Position numbers and translations under genes: made by a program. A stretch of 64,000 nt of DNA from Marsupella aquatica (Eukaryota; Plantae; Marchantiophyta), in NCBI GenBank assembly GCA_973895155.1, contig OZ316892.1, forward strand, positions 23,941,971-24,005,970, in the 5' to 3' direction. Shown one piece after another: positions 35,109-48,564 of this stretch. The notes beneath the pieces are model-generated. The model was not told the DNA's origin. It saw nothing but the letters and a program-made list of their open reading frames with translations, and searched no databases. The first letter of the stretch is position 1. Each line of letters starts with the position of its first letter.

Positions 35109-37892
35109 ATTGGTGCTGCCCTCAATGTTAACCGTGGGAGGAGTATGCAGCGACCAACTGGGGACCGTAGAACCCAATTTAGATCTAAATCCAGATCTAA
35201 GTCCATGGGTAAATCCCCTTAGAGGAGGCAGGTGACATGTTGGAAGTGCAACCAAGTTGGACACTTCAAGTGAGACTGTAAGGGAAAGGCAACGGAAATT
35301 TCATCACCAAATGTGGCTAGGGCTGATGGAGAAGCTGATTTACTCAATGATGAGTATGTTTTATGAAGCCGGGGGTATGCCCTATGCACGTCATCTAGGA
35401 GAGCAGATGATGTGTAGATTCTTGATTGTGCTTGCTCTTTTCATATTTGTTACATTTGTGAGTTTTTCAGTTCTTACTCTATTTCAAACGGTTCAGTTCT
35501 AATGGGAAATGATCACTCTTCTCAAATTGAGGGAATTGCGTCTGTGACGGGGTCTGTGAAGATTCAAATGTTTGATGGTGCTATGCACACAATGTCCAGA
35601 GTCAGGTATGTACCTGGCATGCGTAAGAATCTGATTTCACTCGGTGTGTTGGATTCAAATGGTCATCAATAGAGCGTTATTGATGGTGAACTTCAAGTCA
35701 GGTCGAGAGAGACAGTAATTTTGAAGGGGAGCAGACAAAAGAATTTGTATTTGTTGCAAGGCAATACTGTATGTGGAGAGGCCAATGTAACCAAGTCTCA
35801 CGAGGAGATGACTCAATTGTGGCATTCACAGCTAGGTCACATGAGTGAGAAGGGTTTGGCTATCTTACGGAAGAATGGACTCATTTCTGATTTGCAATCT
35901 TGTAAATTAGAGTTTTGTGAGCATCGCATTTTATGAAAATAGTATCGTCGTGCTTTCGGTGTTGGAACTCATCGTTCCAAAGCGGTTCTTGAGTACATAC
36001 ATAGTGACGTGTGGGGTCCATCCCCAACTCCCTCACACTCTGGAAAGTTGTACTATGTATCTTTTATTGACGATTACTCAAGATTTGTGTGGATTTATTT
36101 CATGACGCATAAGTCTGATGTCTTGTCCATTTTTAAGAAGTGGAAGGCCCAGGTGAAGAATCAGACAAGAAACACGGTCAAGTGTTTGGATACAAGGGTG
36201 AAGAGTTTGAGGTCAGACAATGGTGGGGAGTACACTTTAGTGGAATTTGAAGAGTACTATTCAGAACAGGGGATAACTCGCCATCTCACCACAGTTTATA
36301 CTCCATAGCAGAATGGTGTCGCTGAGAGGCTCAATCGGACATTGTTGGAGCGGTCACGGAGTATGTTGAGCCAATCAGGTACGTTTACCACAAGAATTTT
36401 GGGCATAAGTTGTCAATACCGCAACTTATTTGGTAAATTTTTCACCTTCTGGTGCTATCAATTTCAAAACGCCGTTTGAGATGCGCTATAAGCGGCAAGC
36501 AGACTATCATGGCTTGGTAGTTTTTGGAAGTGATGCATATGCTTTTACACCAAAGCAAAATAGGACCAAGTTGGATCCTACCTCCAAGAAATATGTTTTT
36601 CTTGGGTACCAGAGTGGTGTGAAAGCCTATATAGGCTATGGGACCCTATTGCCTGTAAGCTCGTTGTCAATAGGGATGTTTCCTTCAATGAATCCAGATT
36701 ATTAAAGGAGGGGAAGAAAACTCAGGTCTCCCGTACTGACAAAGGAAAATCTCCTATCCTGGATCTCGTTGAGGGGGAGATTGGTCATGAGGTGCATGAC
36801 CGAAGAGAAGGAGTTGCTCCAGTTATGGAGTTGGTTCCTGTGCCAGAGGAACTAGAGGAGTTTGTTGATGCTGGTGAGTAGCAAGTGGATGCTGCTGAGC
36901 TTCAATTTGTACCAACACACGCAAATCAACCGAAGTCATCGGCTAGAAGAGCATCTGGTTGCACTGTACGCGCTCCACCAAGGTATGGACAGTGGGTTGA
37001 TTCATCTCAGTTGCAAGAGGAGGATTTTGTTATTGACGATAAGGGTGATGCGTTGATTTTGGAAGAAGGGGAACCTTCTTCATTTCACGAAGCAAGTGCT
37101 TCAAAGGAGAAGCAGGAGTGGACTGCAGCAATGCAAACAGAGATGCAGTCCCTGAAGGACAACAAAACTTGGGAGCTTGTCAAGATGCTTGAGGGACAGC
37201 AAGTGGTGGACAGCAAGTGGTGGACAACAAGTGCATGGATATACAAGCTGAAGGATCAGTCCACAGGAGGTGGATCAAAGGTCTACAAGGCTAGGTTGGT
37301 AGCCAAGGGATTCACACGGGAAAAAGGTGTGGATTACAATGAGGTCTTCTCACCAGTTGCTAAGTACTTAACAATACGGCTATTGTGTGTGCTTGTTGTT
37401 ATGTTTGGTCTGCTGCTAGATCAGATGGATGTTGTCACAACTTTCCTCTATGGCACCTTGGAAGAGGTGATCTTCATGAGACAGCCGCTAGGTTTTGTGA
37501 AGAAAGGGCAAGAGGATTTGGTTTGCAGATTGTTGAGATCCTTGTACGGGTTGAAGCAGTCAGCAAGATAGTGGAATAAGCAGTTTGATGATTGGATTCG
37601 TGCACAAGGCTTTCACAGGAGTGTGTTTGACCCATGTGTGTATCTTAAACCGGTGAAGAATGTTGTCTTTGGGTTCATTGTTTTAGTACTTTATGTGGAT
37701 GACATGCTTATTGCGGCCAAGGATAGGTCTGAGATTGTTAAGCTCAAGGCACTACTTAGTGCAGAGTTTAAAATGAAGGACTTAGGGTCAGCTAAGAGAA
37801 TTTTGGGTATGGAGATCACTAGGGACTTGGAGGCTGGCAAGCTATGGTTGACGTAGAGTAGTTATGCGAGGAAGGTAATTGCAAGGTTCAAC
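35109..37892 (+). pseudogene. pol: Copia gag 3' end and pol (zinc knuckle, protease, integrase, truncated RT)
   Basis: CWKCNQVGHFK*DC, ILDCACSFHIC, LWHSQLGHMSEKGL, HSDVWGP..FIDDYSR..LRSDNGGEY..NGVAER, YKARLVAKGF..QMDVVTTFLYG..YVDDML..FKMKDLG; numerous stops. Confidence 0.93.
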
Positions 37893-38139
37893 TGGCTTGC
37901 TATCCCTCATGTTGAACCTTGCAATTTGAGATAAGTCATCATAGTAAAATTTGAGATAAAGTCAATTTGAGTTTCACAAGCAGATAAAGTTGTCGAGTGC
38001 CCTTTCAGTTGAGTATGTGTGTCTAAGCTTTTGCTCCAAAAATCATTGCAACTATTACAATAGACGCTGCAAAAATTGTGGACAGCTTTTTTGGTTCAAT
38101 TTTGCTTCAACTTTGAATGTAGCGAGAAACACAAAATAG

Positions 38140-38425
38140 GATCTCTCTCAAACACAGGGCGCAATTTTGAACATAGCATCAACTATTCGAACATTGCACC
38201 AACTATTTGAACACAACGCGAACTTCAAATCTCTCAAAAATGGGGTGCAATTTTGAACACAATGCCAACTATTTGAACACAATGCCAACTTCAAACACAA
38301 CGCCCGAGCGTTGTGTTAATACGGCGTTGTGTTTGAAGAAAAACAACTTTTTTCTGTTTAGGACCCTAAAAATCCCATATTCAAACATAGTGCCTGGGCG
38401 TTGTGTTTGGGGGAAGACAGTAGTA
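38140..38425. repeat. Dispersed repeat/MITE-like remnant rich in (t)caaacac / tgtgtttg motifs, related to 63033-63427
   Basis: gggcgttgtgtttgggggaagacagtagta (about 38396-38425) resembles the reverse complement of taccaccatctttccccaaacacagcgctc (about 63033-63063). Confidence 0.5.
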
Positions 38426-39319
38426 AAACAATTGGCAGGTGCACATTTATACAGGAGCATGCAATTATTTTCCTGGTCTATAGCATTTGCTAGCAGGATC
38501 TTTTTGTGGGCAAATATTTGTGAATTTAACCTACATTAAGATGGGGCTGCAAATGATATTTGGGCTTAAAATGGATAATCTCCCTGCCATTTGCATACCA
38601 GAAAGTATGTTAGAACTAGGAATAATAACTCTAAATGCCTTTCAGTAGTATAAAGTACCTGCACCCCTTCCAAAATATAGTTGTACAGTCACCTGGCTCA
38701 TGAGGATTGCACAATTTCAAAATTTGGTTGAGTGTAATGACATTGCAGACTAGGAACTTTGCAGAAATAGAATTGCAAATGCTATTGATTTCTTGCTAGC
38801 ACAAGTTGTTACTATTGCGATAAGTACTTAATTCACAACAAGTGCACACTTGATGGCCAGACACATCTAATCCACCTAGTGACGAATTTTGATTGAGTCT
38901 TTTCTCTTTTTTAGATATAACTTTGTCTTCACTTTGTGTTTTTTTTTCCCCTGATAGTCCTGACTCTGTATTTGTCTTCACTTTGTGTTTTGCGACTGAC
39001 ATTGCAATTTTGGCTGTGATCCCCTACTACACTTTCAGCAGTTGACTGTCTGGTGCGCAAAAGTGTGTGGGTTCATCTTCACCAAGTTGACATTTGATCA
39101 TAGCTTACAATGTAGTGGGTCCTGACTACAATGGAGGGCTGCACCGTGAAGGAACTATTACAAGAACATCTACCCCAAGTCTCACCCTCTAAACTGTAAG
39201 GAAAGGTTTACAGGGCCCATCATGCCAAGTTTTCCAGCCAGCTACTGTATGGGTCCATCAAGCATTCCCCATGGGAGGGAGAGATATGCTTAATACACCC
39301 TCTAAGGCAAAAAGTGCAA

Positions 39320-39520
39320 CTACTTAAAATTGTGTATCCTTGCCCTATATTGCAAGGGCACCAACATGGTAAACCAAGGCACAAGTGCAACCACAAAAAC
39401 GTGTAAGCTAGCCCTGGACTGCAGTGGCACCTACATGGTAAACCAAGGCACAAGTGCAACTACAAAAACTGTGTATGCTAGCCCTGGACTGCAATGGCAC
39501 CTACATGGTAACCATGGCAC
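39320..39520. repeat. ~70-75-bp tandem repeat, about 3 units
   Basis: ggcacc.acatggtaa(a)cca.ggcacaa recurs near 39357, 39426 and 39496. Confidence 0.75.
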
Positions 39521-40852
39521 AAAACCTGGTCAGTCTGGATAGCAAAACTGTGCAGTTCCTTGGTTTACAAGAAAGCAGCCTATGGCTCATTAAGAGGGGC
39601 TAGATTGGGGGAAAAACGTTTGGAGTGGGTTCACGAAGCAAACAATTTTACGGAAAGGGGTGTATTTATGCATATTTCTCTGACTAGCTTCTTCAATCTG
39701 CTTAGGAGACTAGGCAGGCTGGGGCACAAAATCTCACGAGCCGCTTGGGATGCAGAGAGTGGAAGGAGGTAAGGTGTGTTAGAATCAGCACAATAGCGAT
39801 GGCGCAAACTTGCTAATATCGTAGTCGATACAGAGGTGATCTAGCTGGGGAGCCATATCTTACGACAACTCTTGCTTATCAGTGACGACGAAGACGACTG
39901 CGAGAGGGAGGGATGGCTGATGTCTGCCGACAGATTTAGCAGAAGAAGAAAACAGAAGTATGTGAGATGGTCTCGCAAGAGAATGCTTGGAAAGATCTCA
40001 ACTAAAATTTGTCGAATCATTTTCAATAACGGAAATGAATGAATTTGTTTTCGTCCAAATCTGATTGGCTTCGATTTGTGCCGCAGCAGCTCATGGTCAG
40101 CCATCGCTACGGAATTCTTCATCTCTCAATCCGCAACCAGTCTTCGGCAGCTGCTACTTCAATGCAAGGGTTTCGTTTGATAGCATGAATTGAAGCGGGT
40201 AGTACCCAGCCTGACTGGGGTTCGATTTCTCGTAAACTTATGCCAATTTCTTTCGCCTATATTGCTTTCAAAACCTTCGATCTTTAAATTTCAGATTCCA
40301 CACGACTGTTTCATTCTGTCGAAAGATTGATCGAATTTCAAGGTTCTGATCTATCTCTCGTACGTAGATCTCTCTTTTGATTTCAATCTATCACTACTCT
40401 GATCCAGATCGAGTCAAGTAAAATCTCTCCTGTTTCTGCCTTGCTTTGTTCTTCTACTACATACGTACGTATAGTAGTGATCAATGATAAGTACGCATTC
40501 CGTGTCGAGTAATTCGCACTTTGAATCTAGAGGACAAAAGCTGGTTAATTACAGATAATTGCACTTCGAGTTCAGTATTCATTCAGTTGTCACACCCTCT
40601 AGAAATGCATTGTATCTTTAGAGCTCCAGTCGCTGGCTTATGGTGCATTTTGTGAAGTCCATTGGCGTAAACCAGGAATGAATTAGGTGTAAAGTTGATC
40701 GCTAGAACATTGTAAGTGCATAATCTTTTTAACACCTCTGAATGACACCTTTGAGTGCATATTTTAGAGAACTTGGGTGTAAACCACGAAAGTAGCCCTG
40801 TGGTAGATTGCAGCTAGAGCAGTGATTTCGCTGCAACAAGGGATTTGTTCTT

Positions 40853-43800
40853 TCAGTGGACAGGACAGCCTGGACGATGGACTCCAGGAGCTGTGGGGCA
40901 CGAGGCGAGAGGGCAGTGATCGCCGTTTGCCTTCTTGCCCCACCAGTTCAACACCTTGTTGTGTTCGTCGAGAGAATAGTACAGCAACAGCGCCATCACC
41001 ACCGTTCCCGCATCCAGGGCTGCACTCAGGATGTAGTTGTATCGCTTCCACCACTGTTTCTTGTAGTTGAACACATAGATGCTGAAGAAAAGAGCCACGT
41101 AAATCCACATGGAATTGTTGACGACGGGGGATGGCGGCATGAGGGTCGCCCCTTTGACGAGCAGCGGGGCGTTGATGAGATGTAGCCATTCACTCCGAGG
41201 CAGGGCGATACCGAGCAGCCATAGAATCATGGGAAAGAGGAAGCCCGGGATGAAGTAGAAGTTCAAGGTTCTGTATGGAGCGCCGCCCTTAGTGAGAAGC
41301 CGGTGAGGGCCGGCGATTCCGAACATCACTGCTTGGTCGTAGAAAACCCTGTCGTGTGGACACGTCCACGGAGAGTTGCTCGGCAGCTTCGAGATGTCGC
41401 AGATGTTGCTGATCGATCCTGTTAGCCACGATGCCACCACCGTGCTCACTAAAGCTGCGATGAGAGTGCTTATCAGCTGTTTCGGAGCAGAATTCATGAA
41501 TCGAAATCCACCCACAAAGACGGGTTCACGATTAGATTTCTCGTTGACCAATGCGATACGGCGAACTTGAATGGAAATCATTCTGCGTAACTTAGTACAA
41601 AAGCATGATTGGTAATCTTGATTTAACCCATGATTGACTTTTGTTTAAGATGCAAACCTGATTGTAAGTTCTCAAAGAATTATGGTGAAAATAAATAAAT
41701 GTCCGTTCAGTTAGATGTGATCGAGGCGTGTTGAAAAAATAAGCGGGACGCTATTCATTTAAACTAATGAAAGAAATCGAAATGTTTGATCAAAACTAGT
41801 AAAATAACTTGACTTCCAGATACACATCTACACGGCCTAGTTCAATCAGTAATTATGATTCCTGTCTCCTGTACTTGTTGTACTATTATGATTCTTGTCT
41901 TCTGTACTTGTTGTACTGTGTAGCTGTTAGAAACCTCGACAACTTCCTTGTGTTCAACTTTAGAAGACTTCTCAGAATCAGGATCCCCATTTTGCTTCGA
42001 ATTGCACTAGCTTAACCGTGATCATCGTTTAGGGTACACCGAAGATAGAGTTTCTGCCCAATCTTTTACAACATTCCAGATTTTTCCAGATCCTTTCACA
42101 CTGTCTAAAGATTCGTGGACGAAGAGTTTCGTGGAATCTTTTGTGATTACCTGTGCAACGAAGGTTGCCCTGGGTGGGATCTTCATATAGTGGCCAAGCT
42201 TGAAATTCCCCAAGTAATTGGCCGTCCGACCGCAAACGACGGCGCTGTAGGTTCGAAACATCACACTCGTGATGGGCTCTCCCGCGCGTATGAACCCCAT
42301 GAGATACTGCGGAATGATTCCCAAGTTCGGTACCTGGTCCCCGTACCGAATCCAATTATCCACTGAAATTTCAGGAGTATCTTACTGTACAATCATGTTG
42401 AAGGGGAGTAGTATCTTACTGCCTCTATATTCTGTATTCTGAGGAGTAGCTGCCTATTTTCTGATATTGAATGGCTCTCATGATCGATGCAACAGCAGGC
42501 TAATTAACCATTTTCCATTGATCCATACCTGGCTAGTAGTTCCGACAAGTATACAGATGGGGACCACCAAGACGGCGGTAACGCCAGTGGCAAGGATGAC
42601 GCCCCACCATTTCATTTCCAGCTGGTCTTTGTAAACTACCAGATTCACAATCGCAGCGAGATGCGTGCCTAACAGCAGGAGCAAACACCATCGAAATGGA
42701 ATTTCCGGGTACTTGCGCATCAACCTAGTGTGAACGTCTGGAGGATCTGCTGATCGTTGCGTGATCGCAGATTTGAACGTTCTCAGAAGATCCCTGTACA
42801 TCATGTGACAAATTTGAGCAAACATTAGAATTGATGAGTACGTGGCCGGTTGAATTGGCTGAGACCAAGGCACACAACATTGCAGAAAGGTTTAATTAGA
42901 ACAAGAGCTGAGTCCGTTGCCTAAATGTTTTGAAGCGGAGAAGAGTCCAGTCATGAAGTAGTCTGGTCGTTCGTGGCAGAAGAAGCTGACTCACTTTCCA
43001 TTGAAGAAAAGTACTTGTGAGATCACAGCGCCGAAGAGAGCAAAAGTGATGCCAACGCCCGTGGTGTAGAAAGCGCTGAAATGCGGAAGAGATTCGACAT
43101 CACGAATGGTGCCTCTGCTGCGGTGCAGTTTGGAATGTGTTCGCTCGAGTACTTTAGCGACATCATATATCTGACCTGAAGTCCAAGTTCCAAAGATCTT
43201 AGTCAATGGCGCGCGTCGATAATCTTCAGTCAGAGTTCACATATAATGACAACTCTCAATTTAATTGACAGCGACCTCTGTAAAGTTTATAAATCCCACA
43301 GAAGAGACTTCGTCCAACCAACATTCATCTCTGAAGGAATCTATTGGAAGGGAAGGCGTAGTCCTTCGTCGAAATAGCCCACGTTGGCAAAGTACATTAT
43401 CGGAAATAATTATATCATACGCGTGCATTTTGGCAATTTGAGCTCTCATTTAAAGCATCATTAATATAAGAACATCTAGATCGACCGTTATATATTCAAT
43501 AAGTTGGACGTACGCTTTAGTTAGGAATTGAGCTCGAGATCGGAGCCTTGACTAGCTGAAAGATTTAAGTCCATACCTGACCGGGTGAAGAGGCCCATGG
43601 AGAAAATGGGGTAGTTCTTGGAGTGGAACCAGTTCTTCCAGTAAGTGAGGGGAGCGAGAAGATAAGCTTGGAGGACAAATCCAACGAGGATATTGATAAC
43701 AGCAGCCCAAGGAAGAATGAGTGGGCTACCATTAAATGACGAGATCGTGGCCCAGTTCAGACTAAACGCACCAAGGCCCAGTCCGCTTAATCCTGAGCCC

Positions 43801-46516
43801 AGTTGCTGGGCCAGCACATTGTGCTTGAAAGCATAGCATACCACGGAGACACTGCTGAGGGAGGGAATGAATAAACCGGGTATGACGTAGTACGCGCACG
43901 ACGCAGTAAAACAGATGATGAAGAAGGAAAGGAGTGATATCCCCTTTCGTTTTTCGTCCTTGTGAAGAGCCCTGCGTATATATGCGCGCGGGCAACCTTA
44001 GTTTAGATGTTAGAAAGCACCAATCTCAATTACCACCGGCAACCGAATCCAAATCTATAGAGACTGAGGCAGATTCCTAATTATTGAGTCAGAACGGACT
44101 CTTCATTTTTGTCCCATTGATATCTGCGTTTCTGTTTTCTTCTTAATATGCATGCCCGGTATTCTTGCAGGGAATATAATCGAGTACTTAGCATCATTCC
44201 AACTGAGGAGCTAAGACGTTAGAAATTAACCCGATGTCCTTCAATTCCTAATCATACTGGATTCTCTCCTTTCACTGCTACCGAACTTCATTTCCGTGAC
44301 ACTTCATCTCCCTGTTTAGTGCTTCATTATGAGGATTTCCGCTGACGCTGAGTTAGATTTCTGATGTCCACCTTTAGTATCCCAGAGACTGATTACGCTA
44401 AATGCCTCCGTTGCCAGAATATGCAATTGAGACCACCCATTGATGGTTGGTAAAGGTCCACAACTCTTTATTATTCTTCCGAAGCCTCGTTTTGCCAACA
44501 TGTAGAGTCCTTGAACAATATCAGCTACTGCGCTCTTTCATTTCCGTTGATTAATTATGTGGAATGTTTTGCCCTCTTTCTAGCTTCATCAAAGGAAGGG
44601 CACGTTCATTCATTATAGGGAGCCTTCATTAGCTAGCAGAAGTTCGTGCTAACTTCGATGGAAATTTCAAATTGCATTATGCTTCCTTGAAGCAGGATAT
44701 GCTCTTGAACTATTAGCCGGGGTATAAATTATAAGGGTGATTGAAGTAATTAGACCAATTGCATCATGTTAGACAGTCATTTTTAAATTCGGCAGAACAA
44801 AGATAGAATGGACTAGATCGAGATTCAATACAGTACATGAAATGTAAACAGAGTGACGACGTAAATGAACGATCTGAATCACTTACTGAGAAAGGGAGAT
44901 ATTGACCAAGCTTGCAGGCCACCAAAACCTCGCCGGCTCCACCAAAAACTTGTACAGCAGTACCGCCCAACTAAATCCAAACAACTGCACCCTTGATTCA
45001 ATCAATCACAAATTCATTTGGACTGATCGGCCACGTACCGATTAAGCATAAATATATCACATACGGAACAATTTTGCGAAGAGGAACCGAGGCCCGAGAG
45101 AATTGAAGAATTGAGTAGTTGTGTTACCTCGCAAGTGATGGTGACCACGAACCCAGGCAGGAACCCGATGTGCTCGTGCAGAAACACCTTGATCATGTTG
45201 AACACGAATATGCCTCCCGGCCTCACCGACCCGGCGCTGGCGAAGATTGTAATCAGCCCATGCTCCTTCGTGCTGAACGGCCCCGGATTCAGCGAGAATC
45301 CCCGTTGCGTTCCGGGAATCCGAACAAACCTGTCGGGCAGCGTGTTCGCCATGAACTTCCCAAGCGGAGCAGTGGCGATGAGCACCGTCGTCACAGTGAT
45401 GACGATCGGCTCGTTCCGGTACGAGAAGTAGGTGTTGAGGAAGGTGATTCCAATGCATGAGAGGGTGCCCAGCACAGCAGTCCGGAACGTCCAATACGGA
45501 ATGGATGGATCGTCCGTGGTCGGAACAATGAGAGCCACCTGCTCAATCGGGGACTGGTCGACAGCATCGTCGCCCAGCCCCCCGTTCTCGCTCGTGCTAG
45601 CTGTCGTGCCTTCATCCTGACCTGCAGCATGAGCGATCATGCCCCCGTCGGACTCCTTGCTCAAATCTCTCGACCTCGGCAGCTCGAATCCCGCGCTCGT
45701 ATATGAGGGAATGGACTTTGTTCGGGCAACTGATGAGCCCCCGGACGCTGGTGAGCTCAAAGCGTTATCTAGTTTAATTTCTAGGCTCTCCATTTTCGAC
45801 TTGACGTTTGACAGCCATCCGGACAGACCTGACCGAGTGCGTTCTGAGCGTTGCAGAGTCTTCGTCTCCAACTCACTGCCGACGCTCTTCGCTCTCGGGA
45901 GAACGGATGTGCTCCTTCCATAAATGCTTTTGAGATCTTGACCATCTGCATCATTAGGTCCAGGTGACCTGCAGTCCTGCGGCCGAGAGCTCTCTTTATA
46001 GGTTTGAGCTCGAAGGAGAGTCCCTAAAAAGTTTTGAGCTGCTTTCGAGTGTGGCACAGATTTACTCCGTCTGGTCACGTCCGAGACTGAATCATCGCTT
46101 GGTCCGGTTATGTCCTCGGAATTCCTCGAGCTGTCTTCAGCTTGATCGCTGCCCCCGTCGCTGCCTTGTTGGACTTCCGCTCTGAGGTTAGACTGAGCAT
46201 TCTCGTCGCCTGGATTGATCGAGTTCTCAGACCATAATTTACGTCTGGTCTTTCGCAACGGTGGAGTTGGAAGCACTGCGCCTACAGCAGCTTCAAAACG
46301 CTGAATTACTGTCTTGACTGAAATGCTTCCGTGTTGAGACCACGAATCAGCGCTGGACTCTGAGCCGAATTCATCTTGTTCCGCGGGATGTTTGCTACCG
46401 TGAAACTCCTGACTACCACCGCTTCTTTCCAAAATTGTGCTGGGACTCCCAATTTTCTCCTCCACCGCTTGCTCTTTACCTGGGCCTTTTGACGCGGCAG
46501 TTCGATCGCCGATCAT
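40853..46516 (-). CDS. OPT: Oligopeptide transporter (OPT family); exons 46516-45128, 44984-44887, 43971-43577, 43175-42995, 42793-42529, 42333-42151, 41476-40853
   Basis: QSPIEQV..TDDPS..TFR, LNPGPFSTKEH, WWPASLV, DVHTRLMRKYPEIP, FKLGHYMKIPPR, WTCP, WWKRYNYILSAALDAG, CPLASCPTAPG motifs; GT-AG junctions found. Confidence 0.93.
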
Positions 46517-48564
46517 TGTGACCTCTACTAGACCAAATTTAGCGAGCACCTTGCTTTACATAATTTGATGACCCAATATCTCTGCGCATCGATCTCCAAA
46601 TCCACGTGATCGAAGTGCTGGAGTCTCCTTCTAAATTCCTATACTAACTCCAAATTCTAAATCTATCAATATATCAATATATCAATATATCGAATGCTTC
46701 TAAGGCTTGACTTCAGCACCACTAATCGTGTATTCACTTCCCATATCACCTGATCATGAAGAGCAAGCCACTTGTATTATTGTTCGAAGTGGTCGTAAGA
46801 ATGATCGCACTGTCACCGATATCCTCTTGCAAATTACTTGCACCGAAATGCAGCTTCGATTGATCTCTCCTCCAATAGAGCTTATTCCAATTGATTCAAC
46901 CCTGACAATGAATTGCACTATGTACTGGGCATTTTCCACTACATAACGTAATTGACGTGGACTGACGTTTTCCATAACACCATCCCTTGAGTACTATCAG
47001 GTCATGCATCTCAATGAACCTTAATTTGCAACCAGACTGTTCAATTCACGAATGGATGAAGTTTTCTGAGATCACATCCAACAAATTGAAGTTGCACCGA
47101 GCTAATATTAAGATTACAGAGCCTGCCAGCGTGATAAACATTTTGCCCGAAATTGCTTCATTCCCGGACCTAGATATGCCATCCAATGAATCCTAGTCAT
47201 GGTTGAATAAATTGGAAGAATCGCAGCATCAATTCTAGAATGAACTGAGAGGACATGCCTATCAAACGTCCGAGGTAGCTGGTATACGTGCATGCAAGAT
47301 AAAAGCGGCACTCTCAACCAGGCCTTCCCATTGAGAATACAGGATTTTGTGCTCTGTGCCTGAGCACGACAGTAGAGCTTGGAGGTCTTTGTAGCTCACT
47401 GCTTATCCTTGCTTGCGGGCAGGTGTGACTGTATGATGGGTTCCTCAATCCCATGATTTCCAGCGAAATTTATTGTAATCCGATCCACGTTACTGAACAA
47501 TTGCTGAAGAGATCAATCTCGGTGTGCTGATTTCCCGTTCAGAAGCTCTCCGTTACTTATTAGACATTGACTTGCCCTGGAGACTGCTGCTGAGGTTATC
47601 TCTTCATAGCTAGGCGACGAGACACCAACGATACATCAGATATTCTCGAGCTAATCTGTCGAGCTGGACATCAGATGATCTCTTCAATCCACGGTAAATT
47701 CTGATAGTAGAGTGGCTGGTCGGTTAGTTTGTCCATCAGCCACATTCTACTGTAGAACACAAACCTCGAATAATACGCATTTTGTCACTAACTTCCTCAA
47801 TTGAGTCCATGAATTTGGGACGGGTAGATCGAACCGAAGTAGAATTTGAGGGCGAGAGGACACTTGCGAAACGAATCTCTGGCCAGCTCCAATTGCCGGT
47901 AGACACATTTACACGTCCCACACCTGATTGAAGTCTTTCCATCGCCTAGTGATCAAGACTCTGACCTTCCTCAAAAAATCAATAAATGCTTCAATTAGTT
48001 GGCAGTCTCTAAAGCCCAATCAGTCCTCTCGAACGGGTGCTCTACCTTCCCTTAATTTCCGTTCATTCACCACGATAGTATTGAACTGGAGCAGTATCAG
48101 CATGTTCAAATGACTCAACTGGTTCGATCACTTCAATTCAATTCAATTCAGTTCAATCGCTTCAGTGAAAAGGGCCAATGCAACAAAGTGCAGACGTGGA
48201 ACCGTGTTTAAGAGGACCGTCTGTCGATAGAAATGTCAATTACGTGAGTAGGGTAGGCGAGCTTCCAGTGCCAAGAGCTGCGGCATGCACCTGCAACCTG
48301 GACGTCGAGCTTTTCTTCGGTAAGGTGCACCTACAACAATGCATGTCGATCAGATGATTGCGAGAAGTGAGGGCAAGCTCCAGCTCCCAGCAAAGCTCAC
48401 TCAGTCAAACATGAGAGTGAGGCTGCCAACATTACCTACGAACCGACCTCACCTCAAGGATTCATGGAAGCCTGTCGGTTGGAATGATCTCCAAAGGAAT
48501 GACAAAGTAGAAGTTGAACAATGTACGAATGATCGTTCATAATCATTATCCGAATTTGATCCTT

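Larger units (their letters stand above)
20587..37892 (+). mobile_element. Decayed, 3'-truncated Ty1/Copia LTR retrotransposon interrupted in gag by a DNA transposon
   Basis: LTR, Met-tRNAi PBS, gag, then (after the insertion) zinc knuckle, protease, GAG-pre-integrase, integrase and RT in Copia order; many stops and frameshifts; no RNase H or 3' LTR seen. Confidence 0.93.

Noticed and set aside
43521-43995. Apparent frameshift in OPT suggested by two overlapping ORFs
   Set aside because: Manual translation from the acceptor at 43971 is continuous (ALHKDEKRKG..YYVIPG..VVCYAFKHN), so there is no frameshift.
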